Both the position numbers and the translations under genes were made by a program. DNA of 64,000 bases. Origin: Vicugna vicugna (Eukaryota). The stretch's first letter is position 1. Every line of letters starts with the position of its first letter. The stretch covers positions 173,203 to 237,202 of the forward strand of contig MU057654.1 in the NCBI GenBank assembly GCA_013265495.1, read 5' to 3'. Below the pieces are notes generated by a model. That model worked only from the letters and a program-made list of their open reading frames with translations, did not search any database and was not told the origin of the DNA. Below are positions 1 through 12,289 of the stretch, piece after piece.

Positions 1-612
1 ACTCCTGGGCTTGTATCCAGAAGGAAATCTACTTCAGGATGACCCCTGCACCCCAATGTTCATAGCAGCACTATTTACAATAGCCAAAACATGGAAACAG
101 CCTAAATGTCCATCAACAGGTGACTGGATAAAGAAGAAGTGGTATATTTATACAATGGAATACTCTTGAGCCATAAAAACCGACAACATAATGCCATTTG
201 CAGCAACATGGATGCTCCTGGAGAATGTCATTCTAAGTGAATTAAGCCAGAAAGAGAAAGAAAAATACCACATGAGATTGCTCATATGTGGAATCTAAGA
301 AAACAAACAAACAAACAAAGCGTAAATACAAAACAGAAATAGACTCATAGACATAGAACACAAACTTGTGGTTGCCAAGGGGGCGGGGGGTGGGAAGAGA
401 TAGACTAGGATTTCAAAATTGTAGAATAGATAAACAAGATTATACTGTATAGCACAGGGAAATATATACAAGATCTTATGGTAGCTCACAGAGAAAAAAA
501 TGTGATAATGAATATATATATGTTCATGTATGACTGAAAAATTGTGCTCTACACTTGAATTTGACACAACACTTTAAAATGATTATAAATCAATAAAAAA
601 TGTTAGAAAAAA
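1..612 (+). mobile_element. L1 3' end (ORF2 C-terminus, 3'UTR, A-tail), young lineage-specific family
   Basis: Typical L1 ORF2 end ([23 protein letters not shown]). AATAAA and A-rich tail at ~592-612. Nearly the reverse complement of 51991-52600. Confidence 0.9.
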
Positions 613-1786
613 ACCCAATATAATTAATTTCACAAAATTATATGTGGAATTAGACCTGGGAATTAAAAATTCTGTGGCTTCATTTTTTGTATTAGGAGAG
701 TTTGACAGGGAAAGTCTGCCTTCAAGAAGACCAAAGGAATAAATATGTCATGAATTCCTTCCATGGACACTTTTAAGACTATTGCTTGTGGGTAGGCATT
801 TTGTTTTTTTACTATCAACTATGATTTTATAGCAATGGGTATATAAATGAATAATTATACTGCCTCGCATTGTTTACGTTCGAGTTTGTAAAGTGTTTTC
901 ACATGTCACTTTCATTATCTTCAGTTGACAGATGAGCAAAGTTAAAGTTTCAAGTGATGTGCCCCAAATCACACAACTCCCTGCCTGCAGGTAGTTAATA
1001 TCTGCATGTCCATCATAGTGTGGGCTAGGCACTTTTACCTTTATTATCTCTTTGAATTCTTACATTAATTCTGAGAACCAAATAGAAAAAAAAGGGAAAG
1101 CGAATCTCAGAGTAGTTACATCCATTACTCAAGATCGTAGAGTTAGGGGCAGAGCTAGGAATTGAATCCCTATTTTTCTGATCACTGAAGCTGACCTGAA
1201 CCAGGTAGTTTGCTATTCCTGGGGAAGAGCTGGCTCAGAATGACCTCTAGGTACCAAGACCCTGGGTAGCCTCAGGGCCATCTTTTCGATTAAGCATAGT
1301 AGTCACAATGCCTAGGTCTCATGATACTTTCAGGGGTCCATGAAAATTTAGGGAAGTGATGTCACTCAAAATGGTAGAATAGCAAACTCCAGGGCCCTGT
1401 TCATCTACAAAGCAACTAAGCTGGCAAAACTGTCAGACTCAACTTTTACAGAACTCTGGAATCTAATCAAAATCTTACAACACATCAGGAGAAAGCTTAA
1501 TGAAGAAAGAAGCTGTGACATTTTAGTAAGAGAGAGCTATGGCATTTTAAATAACTCTCTTCCCACCCTCATCCCTCAGATCAGCAGCAGCCATGAAGAT
1601 TCCTGGTGCAGGTTGCTAAGTGCCAGAGGGAACAGTGCAGACCTTAATCTCAAAGAATAGTAATTGTGTGCTTTGACTAGTCTGGCCAGCTCTGTGAAAG
1701 ACTATATCAAGGGCTTCCCTTTGTTTTTTGACTTGGAGAGTTCTCAGGGCTAGCTTGACTTCCCAGGCAGCATTTATTGACAGCAT

Positions 1787-2490
1787 TTGTGATGGTTGGT
1801 TTTATGTGTCAACTTGGCTGGGCCATGGTGACAGATATTTGGTCATACGTCTTTCTGTGTGTTTCTATGAAGGTGTTTTTCTGTGTGTGTGTTGATGGAA
1901 ATTAATCAATAAACCAATCTATAAGAAGAATAGAGGAGAATTTTATTTGAGCCACTATAGCCCAGAAGACAGCCTCTCAGATAGCTCTGAGGAACTGCTC
2001 CAGAGAAGCATGGTTTTCAGCACAGTTTTGTATCTTGTCAGAAAAAAGAACATCGAACATCAAATATAAAAGAAGTACATTCATTCAAGATTTCAAAAAA
2101 GGCAGATCAGCACATACACAGCAAGTCAGTATGGCCTTGGTGCCAGGGAAGGAGTACTAGCATTGATGTCCCAGAAAAGGAAAAATGTATCTCTATTTTC
2201 CAAATGGACTTGGTTTCTGGACAATGTACCCTTTTCTTTAATGATTAAAGCAGATGCACAATGTATGTTTAATAAGCCACAAAACAGGCTGTTCTAGTTA
2301 GCATAAATCAGCCATCTCAGCAGAAGCCATGTATAGAGATGGGGTTATATCAGCAGAAACACTGCCAGCCTCTACTGAAGGGGACAGAGATGAGACAAAA
2401 TGAAGGAAGGCTGTCAGACATCTGGGATTCTACAGGGCAGGACAACAGATCTATCCAGCTATGAACATGTGTTATCCTTCAAGAAACCAT
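1787..2490. mobile_element. Nested LTR/ERVL fragments (MLT2-like start, an ERV LTR, ERVL-like internal piece)
   Basis: tgtgatggttggttttatgtgtcaacttggctgggcc resembles the MLT2 terminus. An LTR-like segment starts tgttgatgg at ~1890. Family assignments are from memory. Confidence 0.5.
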
Positions 2491-2492
2491 TC

Positions 2493-2790
2493 AAAGCGAA
2501 GTAAGCCAGAAAGTGAAAGAAAAATACTGTATGAGATAGTTCATATATGGAATCTAAAAAAAAAAGAACATAAATACAAAACAGAAACAGACCCATAGAC
2601 ATAGAATACAAACGTGTGGTTGCCAAAGGGAAGGGGATGGGAAGGGACAGACCGCGATTTCAAAATTTGTAGATACTGACAGGCATATGCAGAATAGAGA
2701 AACAAGATTATACTGTATAGTACAAGGAAATATATACAAGATCTTGTGGTGGCTCACAGCGAAAAAAAAATGTGACAATTAATATATGTT
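2493..2790 (+). mobile_element. L1 3'UTR fragment truncated before its poly(A)
   Basis: Homologous to 235-520 but stops abruptly at ~2790 and joins NXF intronic sequence. Confidence 0.8.
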
Positions 2791-2940
2791 GTTCTTCTCT
2801 CCAACCTGGAAGAGTGAGGAATGACAGGATCAGGTTCATGATCAAGTAAACTTTATTGTAGCTCTGGTATCATTGGGGAAAATGTTTACAAGACTTTCTG
2901 AGCATATATGGACCCCTTTCTTGTCTCCACTTCCCCACAG

Positions 2941-5900
2941 TGCTCCCTATGCCATTCCACCCTCTCATCAGAGAGGCAATTTTCAGGAAGGAGACCAAGC
3001 TCATGTTAACATGGAGACAGAGCAGAAGCCTCCAGAGAGAAGAATGGAGAGAAGCAGGCGGGCTGAGACCATGGGAAGCTGGTTCAAGATCACAGTGAGT
3101 GTCCTGACTAAATGGACCTAATACGTAGAAGAAGGTGAACAGAGGGAGTTGTGTTGGAATCGGGTAGAGATGGTATGAACTTTTCTGGGGCAGAGGAGTT
3201 GGTTATGTGTCTTGTTATTATTAGAAGTTAACATCCTAGACCATCTAAGAGAAGATTCAGAGAAGCAATATGAAGGGAACAGACTGACTGCAGGGAGCAT
3301 GGGAGAGGTTGTCTAAAAGCAAAGGAGGAAACTACTGTCAAGATGGAGCAACTTCATACCACAAAGCTCAGTTTGGCTCAGGCTGAGTGTGGGAGGAGGC
3401 TGCGTCTCTGGGGTCCTTGTCAGAGGGGCAGGCCAGGTCTGCCTTAGGTAGGGTCTCTTGGAACTTTACAAAAAGAAGTACGTGTTAAGCATATTAAGTT
3501 GATTATTTCAAGAAAAGTGTTTGAGGGGAAGAAACGATATTTAGAAAATCCACATGTGGTACAATAACAAATATCGACCTAGCGTAAAAAATTATTTAAA
3601 GCTTGAAAAAAAAAAGTCTGAAAGGAAGACCTGGTTGGGTCTTATCTTAAACTTATATTCTATTGTATCAATTTCCTCTCCCATTTTTCTCTTTGCCCCC
3701 CAGATTCCATTTGGCATAAAATATGAGGAGAAGTGGCTGCTGAATTTGATTCAGAAGTACTGCAGTGTCCCCTTCACTCCAGTTGAAGTAAGAGAGGACG
3801 TCGAGGCCAATGAGAGGAAACGGGGTAGATGGATGGTCCAGATGAGAAATGACTCTGGTCTCATATTGTCTTTCTCTTGTCACTCCCATTGACCCCTGTG
3901 ATGCACCGTATTCTATGCAGAAGGAGCTGCAGTCAGAAAAGGTGGAGCAGATAAAGGTAATGCAGACTCAACACAAGTTCTGCCCCACAGCCAGATCCAC
4001 CTATTGCTCCCCAATCAACACCTCAGACTCAGAGCCACTGAACCCCGTCTTTAACTCTGCAGCTGACCATGAACAAACTGTTTGATGCCTCCCAGGCATT
4101 TCTTAACAGCCAGAGACTCTGCTTTGGATCTGGTATGGCTATAGCAGTAATCCCAGGGCAGGTGAGGGCAGAGGGGTCTGCCTGGGAAAGACCTTCGGGA
4201 TCGTAACTCTGGGAGGGGTTGGTGCAGGCAGGACCCTCTCAGCTTTCTGTTTCCCTCCTGTTGGCTTCCTGGAGGCTTGATGACCTGTAATGTTGAAATG
4301 CCACGGAATCCGAGATATCGCATGCCTGCCCCTCTGCAGATCCGTGGAGAGAACATGCCCAAGGTGAGGACTTAGGCCCAATGTTGGGACTGATGGTGAG
4401 GGTGGGACAGATTAGGCAGAAGAGGCAGATTGGCCTCAAACATCCCCTGTTGGGGTCCTCACTCTCTTTCTCCATCATAGATTTTGTCCTTGGATTTGAG
4501 CAACAAGAGACTCTGCCAGCTGGGTGGCCTGTCTGATGCTACACAGAATGCTTCTGACATCAAGAATTTGAACGTCTCCAGTAGTGAGGTGAGGTGTGGT
4601 ACCCAGATCCCTCTTTGAAGAGGAGATGGGAGGGCTCATGGGAAGGTGACAGAGGAAGCGAAGTGAATTTGTTGGAAAAGGAAGGGACGACTGGGGGTGC
4701 AGTACCATCCTGGCTCTCTTTCTCTGGTTCGTGTGGTTTCTCTACATAATTACAGGCAAAGTCTTCAGGGGAGTTGGGCAAGGGCCAGAGGCTGGAACAA
4801 GATGGAATGTGTGCAGATAAAAACCCTCTGTGCACCACCCTTCCTGATAAGTCAACCAACATAAGGTCAGATGTACCCTCTGTCACCTGAACTATTCCTG
4901 ACAGTGTCTGTTTGCAAAAAGCAGCAGTCTTGGTCCTCTCAGAGGGCCACAGGCCCTATGCTATCCTCTCTGTGTCACATAGGTGACAAAGGTTCATATG
5001 GCATCCAGGAGGCCCCCAGCCCAACATATGCATAGTTTCCATTCCCACCACAGGTCCCTGGGACGAGCCAGTTCCCCTTCTTCTCTCTTCTTCCCTGATC
5101 CACCTCCAAACCATTGGAGAGGTTCTTTCCCTTCCCTTCACTTTGCTTTCTCTCTCTCCCTTGTCTCTATGACCCTATGTCTCTGTCTTCTCTTCTTCAT
5201 CCTTCACTCATTTTCTGTCTTAATCCCCCTCCACTTTCTTACCTGCCTCACTCATGTCCTTTCTCCAGCATCCGGGGCTGTCCCTGGGGGGGGTGTCCTA
5301 GTCTTGGCAGAATGCTGGACCCCCAGTGAGGTAGCAGAGCCCCTGACTCCAAACCCATTCCCTTTAGTCTCCGAAACCTTCAGTGGGGACCTGCAGAAAG
5401 TAAGACGGGGAAAGAAGCCTTATTCATGGTTGCTTCTTGTGGCACCTGGAGAACAGAGTCAGGACAGTCTAGGTGGGAGGTACCCAGGAGGGAAGGAGTG
5501 GAAGGAGAGGGATGGAGGGAGGCAGGCAGGTAGGGAACACTCTTCTGGTGTATCAGTCCATGTGGAAGGTGCCCAGGGCCGGGGAGTGTAGGTGGACACA
5601 CTGGACTGTGTCTGGTGTAAGTGTACTTGCTCCCACGAGAAGAGACCGCTTTGTAGTTTCACTGACTTTTCATCTTGGCAGCTCCATCCTGGAATTGTTC
5701 CCCAAGTTATTACGCTTGGTAAGTGTATTCCTCAATCACTGACTCCTCTAACTGACACTGACACCGCCCACAAACTACTCTGAACCCTTTAGGTCTTGCC
5801 TGAGTTCGATTTTTGAATGTGGCCCTTAAACGTTCTGGGGGCAGAGGGAGGGTACAGCCTCTGTGGGAAGCTCACAACAGCTCTGGGTCTTCTTCGACCA

Positions 5901-7713
5901 CGTCTGCCACAGCCTTCAGGGACCTCGTGGTGATGACCCGAAGTGTAGTCCTGCCCTCAGATTTTCCAGGGCCCTTCCACAGTTGACCTCTGACCCTCAC
6001 CCTCCTGGGCCCGTCCTTTTCCTTGACCATCCAGAAGTGCCTCTTGGTCTGCACCACTGACTTCCTCTTCCCTCTCACAGGATGGCCAGGAGACACCCCC
6101 ACCAGCTAAGTTAGGTGTGGACACCCGTAAGAGCTTACCAGCCTGCAAGGTGAGCACGGAGAATCAAGCAGGGCTTTGGGAGGTGCGTGAGGAGAGGGTA
6201 TCAGCCCTGGTGCTGAGGACTGTTTTGATTCCAGGGAAGCTTCTTTGGATCTGATCAGCTGAAGAGTCTTATCTTGCAATTCCTGCAGCAGTGAGTACTG
6301 CTGGCAACCTGAGGAAGGGGAGGGCTGGGACAGCTGAGGCCACCCAAGCTCAGCTCTGCTCACGGGAGTTTCCAAGTCTCATTTGAGGTCCGGACCACAG
6401 AGACAGACTGTGCTCATGGCTCCCCGACAGGTATTACTTGATCCACGACTCTGGAGACCGACAGGATCTCCTGGGTGCTTATCACGACGAGGCCTGCTTC
6501 TCCCTGACCATTCCCTTCAACCCCGAGGACCCAGCCCCGTGAGTATCACAGCTCACACTCTGCTCCTGGGCCGTGTGGCTCCCCAGCAGACGCAGGGCAG
6601 CTCCTGCAAACCCCCACACTGGGGCCGCCCACCTCCCCCTGCTTCTCTTTTTCTCCCAGGAGCAGCTTGTGGGAGTACGTCAAGGACAGTAGGAATATGA
6701 AGAAGCTCAAGGACCCCTGTGAGTGTGTGATGAGGAGGCGGGGCGGGAAGGGGTCAGTCCTAGGGCCCAGGGCGTGGCAGCCCCTGACCTTCCCTCGCTT
6801 CTCCTCCCCCCACAGACCTGCGGGTCCAGCTGCTGAAACACACAAAACGTGACATTGTGCGCTCCCTCTGCCTGTTGCCCAAAACTCAGCATGACCTCAG
6901 CTCCTTCGTGGTGGACATGTGGCTCCACACGGTGAGCATCTGCTTCCATCTTGGGCAGGACCAGTTGCTGCAGGTGGGTAGGAGGTTTAGGTGGTGACTG
7001 AGCGCCTGGGCTCTTCCTTTTCAGGACACAATGCTCTGCTTCTCTGTCAACGGGGTGTTCAAGGAAGGTGAGTGTGTGTAGACCCCCCGTCCCCAGATGC
7101 CCCACTGCTCCGTCCCCCTGGCCGGGCTCCCTCTCAGCACCCTCCCAGCCACCCTGATCCCTCTCCTTCTCTTCCTGGCCCCTCTGTGTTCTCCAGCCCT
7201 CGGTCTTCCCACAAAGGACCCAGGTCTGACCTGCGTTCATGCCTGTCTGCCCCGCACACCCTGGGCGTTAGGGACACAGGCTGTGGAGTTTGATGGCTCT
7301 CATCCCAGAGCCTTCCTATGAGATCCGGGGACCATTACTTAACCTCTCAGTTTCCTCATTTGCAGAATGAGGTATTAGCATCCATGTCTTGGGCAGCAGT
7401 GACAAATGCATCAATGAACTGGTGAAGTGGTTGTCACGGGCCCGCGCACAGTAGAGGTCCTGCCACCGGCAGCAGGTTGCTCCTATAGCTGCCCTCCACA
7501 TTCCCGACACCCTGGCGCCCAGTGAGCACCTGTCCCCTCAGCATGAGTTTCCAGTCAGACTCTGTCTGCAGACCCCTGTGTGAGCGTGTAAAGCAGGTGG
7601 GGCTCTCGGGGGTACTGATGTTTGCTTTTTGTCGTTGAAGTGGAAGGAAGGTCTCAGGGTTTTGTTCGTGCCTTCACCCAGACCTTCATCGCTATCCCTG
7701 CCAGCCATTCCAG
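2941..7713 (+). pseudogene. NXF3: NXF3-like nuclear RNA export factor, truncated at both ends (probable pseudogene or partial duplicate)
   Basis: GT-AG exons at 2941-3094, 3704-3787, (remnant 3891-3956), 4063-4132, 4275-4363, 4481-4588, 4756-4865, 5682-5718, 6081-6149, 6235-6290, 6431-6538, 6660-6718, 6816-6931, 7025-7067 and 7641-7713. NXF3-type peptides: [68 protein letters not shown]. The first exons, the FHY exon and the terminal exon(s) were not found. Confidence 0.85.
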
Positions 7714-8133
7714 GTGAGTGCCGTGTGGTTGGTGGGAACCCCCCTCCCAGCCTGGGCTCAGGGGTGTGGGAATGTGGTGGTGCCCACCTTAGGTTTTCTC
7801 AATACTGTGGAAAGCCAGCAGGTAGATCCAAGGAGCAGTCTAGCCTAGTGGTTAAGAAGGGCATGGGCTCTGGAACTGGAATGTGGCTTCTCTCCTTGGT
7901 CCCAGCACTCATTGGCTGTGTGACCTTGGTCAAGTCACGTGGCCTCTGTGCGACTCAGTGTCTTCCTATGACAGCGGGGATCAGACTGTCTACTCCCTGG
8001 GCTGTTGTAAAGGGTAAACATGAAACTGTCCCTGAGTTGCAGGGAAATGTCCAAATGTCATGAAGATGGTGGATAATCTCCCTAAAGGTGGGCTTGTGGG
8101 AGGGGCATAGGTACCAGCCAAGGAACATGCCTC

Positions 8134-8225
8134 TGTGTGTGTATATATATTTATGTATATATATGTGTGTGTATATATGTGCATATATATAAATATATAA
8201 ATATGTATACATATAAATATGTACA
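8134..8225. repeat. (TG)n/(TA)n compound microsatellite
   Basis: Directly visible dinucleotide run. Confidence 0.9.
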
Positions 8226-8990
8226 TAAAATTACATGCACTTTTACCATCTATGTAGACTTTGTAACTATCACTACAAACAAGGTACAAAACTATTCCAT
8301 CTCAAGTTTCCCTCATGCTAGCCTTTATAGCCATATCCACCTTCTGCCTGGTCCCACGTCCCTAAACACTATTACAATTTTATAAATGTCATATAAATGG
8401 AGTTATGTAGTATATAATCTTTAGGAATGGATTTCTTTCACTCAGCATAAATGCCCTGAGATCCATCCAAGTTGTTAAGTGTATCCATAGTCTATTCTTT
8501 TTTATTGCTGAATAGTATTCTATGGTATGAATGTACCGTAGTTTGTTTAGCTATTCCTCTGCTGAAGGACATCTAGGCTATTTCCACTTTTTTTAACCAT
8601 TATTAATAAAACTTATGAACATTTATGTACAGATTTATGTGTAAACATATATTTTCATTTCTCTGGGTAAATTGCCCTGAGTGCAATTGCTGTATCATAT
8701 GGTAATTGCATGATTAGTTTTGAAAAATTGTTTTGCCAAATTGTTTTACAGAGTGCCTGTACCATTTTGCATTCCCATTGGCAATGTATGAGTGACTCAG
8801 TTTATCCATAGCCTTGCCTGCATTTAGTGTTGTCAGTATTCTTTTCAGCTATTCTGATAAGTGGGTTTAATATTTTATTGTGCTTTTAATTCACATTTCC
8901 ATGATGACTAAAGATGTTGAATACCTTTTCCCATGCCTGTTTGCTCTCAGTAAAATGTCTATTCACCTCCCTTGCCCATTTTATAATTGT
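8226..8990 (-). mobile_element. Old L1 3' fragment
   Basis: Antisense L1 ORF2-end/3'UTR motifs (accattttgcattcccattggcaatgtatgag; ttccatgatgactaaagatgttga). Confidence 0.75.
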
Positions 8991-9509
8991 ATTAAGAGGC
9001 AAGAAAGTGTATCTAGAGGGCAGCCCTGGCTCAAGCTAACAGGCAGAATAAGAGAATGTGAGGCCCCACGAGACTCACTTTTCTTGACTGGGAGGGCAGA
9101 AGTGGGGCTGAAGCTTCTAAATGTGCCTCAAATAAGAATTGAACTTTGATTTGGAACAACACTGAGAGGTGGGAGAATCTCTGGGTCCATCTGTGGAGAT
9201 CTAGATAAAACAGGAAAACAAGGGAGATGTGGGATTGGAGAAAAACAGTGGAAGGAAGGAGATATGGGGGCAGGGAATGCCTTCTAAGTAATGCTAGATT
9301 CATCACTGTCAGGCTTCTCAATGGGATGCAAAAAACTATTCTCCTAGACTTGTGGTCTTCAAGTCTGGATATCTATTAGAATCCCCTCCAATGCTCAGAC
9401 TCAGCCAACTGAATCAGAATCTCTAGGGGTAAGTTCAGTCATCAATATCCTTAAGGTTCTCCTCAGCTGATTCTAGTGAGCTGTCAGAATTGAAAATGTT
9501 ATTTGCTGG

Positions 9510-9790
9510 TGTATTAGTTTGCTAGGGCTGCCATAACAGGATACCACAGACTGAGTGGCCTAAACAACAGAAATTTATTTCTCACAGTTCTAAAGGCTGA
9601 GAGTCCAAGATACAAGTGTCCACAGGTTTGGTTTCTTCTGAGGCCTCTTTCCTTGGCTTGAAGATGACCACCCTCTTACTGCCTCTTCACATGGTTGTCC
9701 CTCTATGCATTTGCACCCCTGGTATCTCTTTGTGTATCCTAAACTCCTCTTATAAAGATATCAAGCATATTGTATTGGGCCCATCCTAAC
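9510..9790. mobile_element. MaLR (MLT1/MST-like) LTR fragment
   Basis: tgtattagtttgctagggctgccataaca...aaatttatttctcacagttct is the MaLR LTR terminus motif. Confidence 0.7.
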
Positions 9791-10219
9791 AGACGGTATG
9801 AGAAATATCTTGCTCTGAGAAATTCAACTCCCTTTTAGCTACTTTCCTGAAACTACTAAACAACACTTCTACAATCACCTCATTGGGCAGAAGTTGGTCA
9901 TGTGACCATATTTAGCTGCAAAGGAGGCAATAAAGATGGTCTTTTACTGGGAACATACTTTACCAAATAAATTTGGGGTTCTTTTATTAAGAAAGAAGAA
10001 TTAGTATAAAATATATGGTATACTTTTATACCCAAGGCAGCTAGAAGCACTACCTCAATTACTGTGTTCTTTCTACTCAATTTTATAACAATTTTCATAG
10101 GTTATAACAAAAGTGCTGCTTCAGAGAGACCTGGGGTCATTATCCCATCCTCCCAAATCCCCTGTTCCAGACCATGCTTGGGTTATCACAACTCAGCATT
10201 CATATGTTTAATCCATGTC

Positions 10220-11190
10220 AAACACTCATTCATTCATTCAACAAATACTTATTGGTTACCAATGAAATGAGAGGTATTGTTATAGGCACTGGAGATAATT
10301 CAGAGAACCTGACAGATAAGGCCATGGTTCTCATGGAGCTTACATTCTAGAGGGGTTGATACACTCAAGAATTAAGCGCTATTAAGAAAATAATATAGGG
10401 AAATGTGACACAGAATGACTAGGGTGGGAAAGGTAAGGCAGGATTTTCTGAGGATGTGGCTTTGTTCTAATACTCAAATAGTAAAAAATAGTCAGCAGTG
10501 GGAAGATATAGGAGCTGAGCCCTCTAGACACAGGGAACAGCAAGAAGAAAGCCCTAAGATGTGAGCAAACTTAGCACTTTTAGAAAACAGCTTGTATGCC
10601 AGTGTGTATTGAGAGTACAGTGTTAGTAAATGAGGTTAAAATGGTAAGAAGGGCCCAGTAGCAAAAGGTTTTGTGCGCCCTTGTAAGGACTTTGGGTTTT
10701 GTTCTTATTACGAGGGATCCATTGGGTACTTTAAAGAGGGAAAGAATATTATTATAATCTACTTTATTAAAGCTCACTCTAAATGTTCTTTGGAGAACAG
10801 ACTGAAATAGAGCTACCATAAGATCATGGAGATGAATTAGGATGCTGCTACAGACATGAGAGTGAAAAGTTACAGTCTCATAGACAAGGGTTTTAGCAAT
10901 GGAAGGGGTGAGAAAGGTTTTGAAATGGGATGTATCCTAGAAATTCTGAACGTTGATGAAGTCCATGTTTGTGGTAAAGGATATTAAGGAATTAAGTGTG
11001 TCTCTTGGAATGTGAATCTTTGCAGCTGAATTCAGGTGGTTTTCTCAGCTGGGGAAGTGAGTGGAGGACCAAGTTTGGTGCAATGACTGGAAATTGACAG
11101 TTCTGTTTTAACCATGTTGTTTGTGAAGCCTTTGGAATATCTGAGTGGAGCCATATGTTTGGGTATATAAGTCGGGAGCTCCTGAAAATA
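10220..11190 (-). mobile_element. L2 LINE fragment
   Basis: cattcattcattcaacaaatacttattg L2 tail in antisense, followed by a purine-rich decayed body. Confidence 0.65.
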
Positions 11191-12289
11191 GTCTTGTCTG
11201 TGGCAAAACAAAACAAAATGAAAAACAAGCAAGTTATCAAACAGACAAAAACTTCACTGTGCAGCTTAACAGAATAATTCAGAAAATACGTTTTGATTCC
11301 ACATATGAGAAGGATACAGCTCTAGATTCTAAAAGGGATACAAAGGCATATTAAAAACCAACCTTACTGAGCTATAATTTATGTTCAACATAATGTATCC
11401 ATTTTAGGTGAATTTAGATAAATGCATTCACACTTATAACCACTACAATCAATGTATGGATCATTGATAGGAAGGTTTTTGAAAACACTGTCACTTTCTT
11501 CATGAAGCTCATCATGGTTTTAGAGAGAAAGAAATGCATACACATAAGTTAGGGAAAGATATAAAGAGGTAAAGGATAAGTTTCAGTGATTGGAACAGTT
11601 CTTGAAGGTTGTGGCTTTGGTGAGGATATCCATTGGGAAATGCTTAGTTCTAATGCAAATACATTTGGGGCAGGAGGCTTGCCATCAACATAGGTCAAGG
11701 GAGAAGTCAGGCTAGGGTATGATAAGATTTTCTTGTCCCAAAATACCTCACCAAACTGAAATGCCCATAATTATTCACTACTTTGGCTTAAAATATTTGT
11801 AATTATCTTTGAAATATGAGTGATAAAAATGCACATAAATTTCTCAAAAGAGATATCTTTAGGATATACGGAAGTCAACACTCTGCTAGCATGAACATGG
11901 AGTAATTTGTAGGATTTGCTGGCTACCACTTCATTAGAGGATAGGGAACTCTAGGACAAATGAAGAACTAGCAAAGCAAGTACTCAGTAGCCATTTATCT
12001 CCTCTAATTATATTTTTTGACATGAGAAGAGAGAGACTTCCTGCCTTTAAGATATTTTAAATCACTTCATGTTGGTAAGCCCCATTAAGAAGCATAAGAC
12101 ATTTGTTTTAATCCAGAGAAAATGAGAATTTTATTGGAAGCATGAGTTCATCTAAGGATTGGAGGAAGCCTTAGTAACTAATACACGTGGGAGGGGCATA
12201 TACACAAGGTCCTTGGGTTAATACAATTTTAATAACTTGTTTATCCATATTTATGAAAACAAAACAAGTACAAAGTGACCATGGTGTGA

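Noticed and set aside
6707..7240. 177-aa and 181-aa minus-strand ORFs duplicated at 45594-46139
   Set aside because: These are antisense shadows of NXF exons and introns, duplicated only because of the conversion tract.
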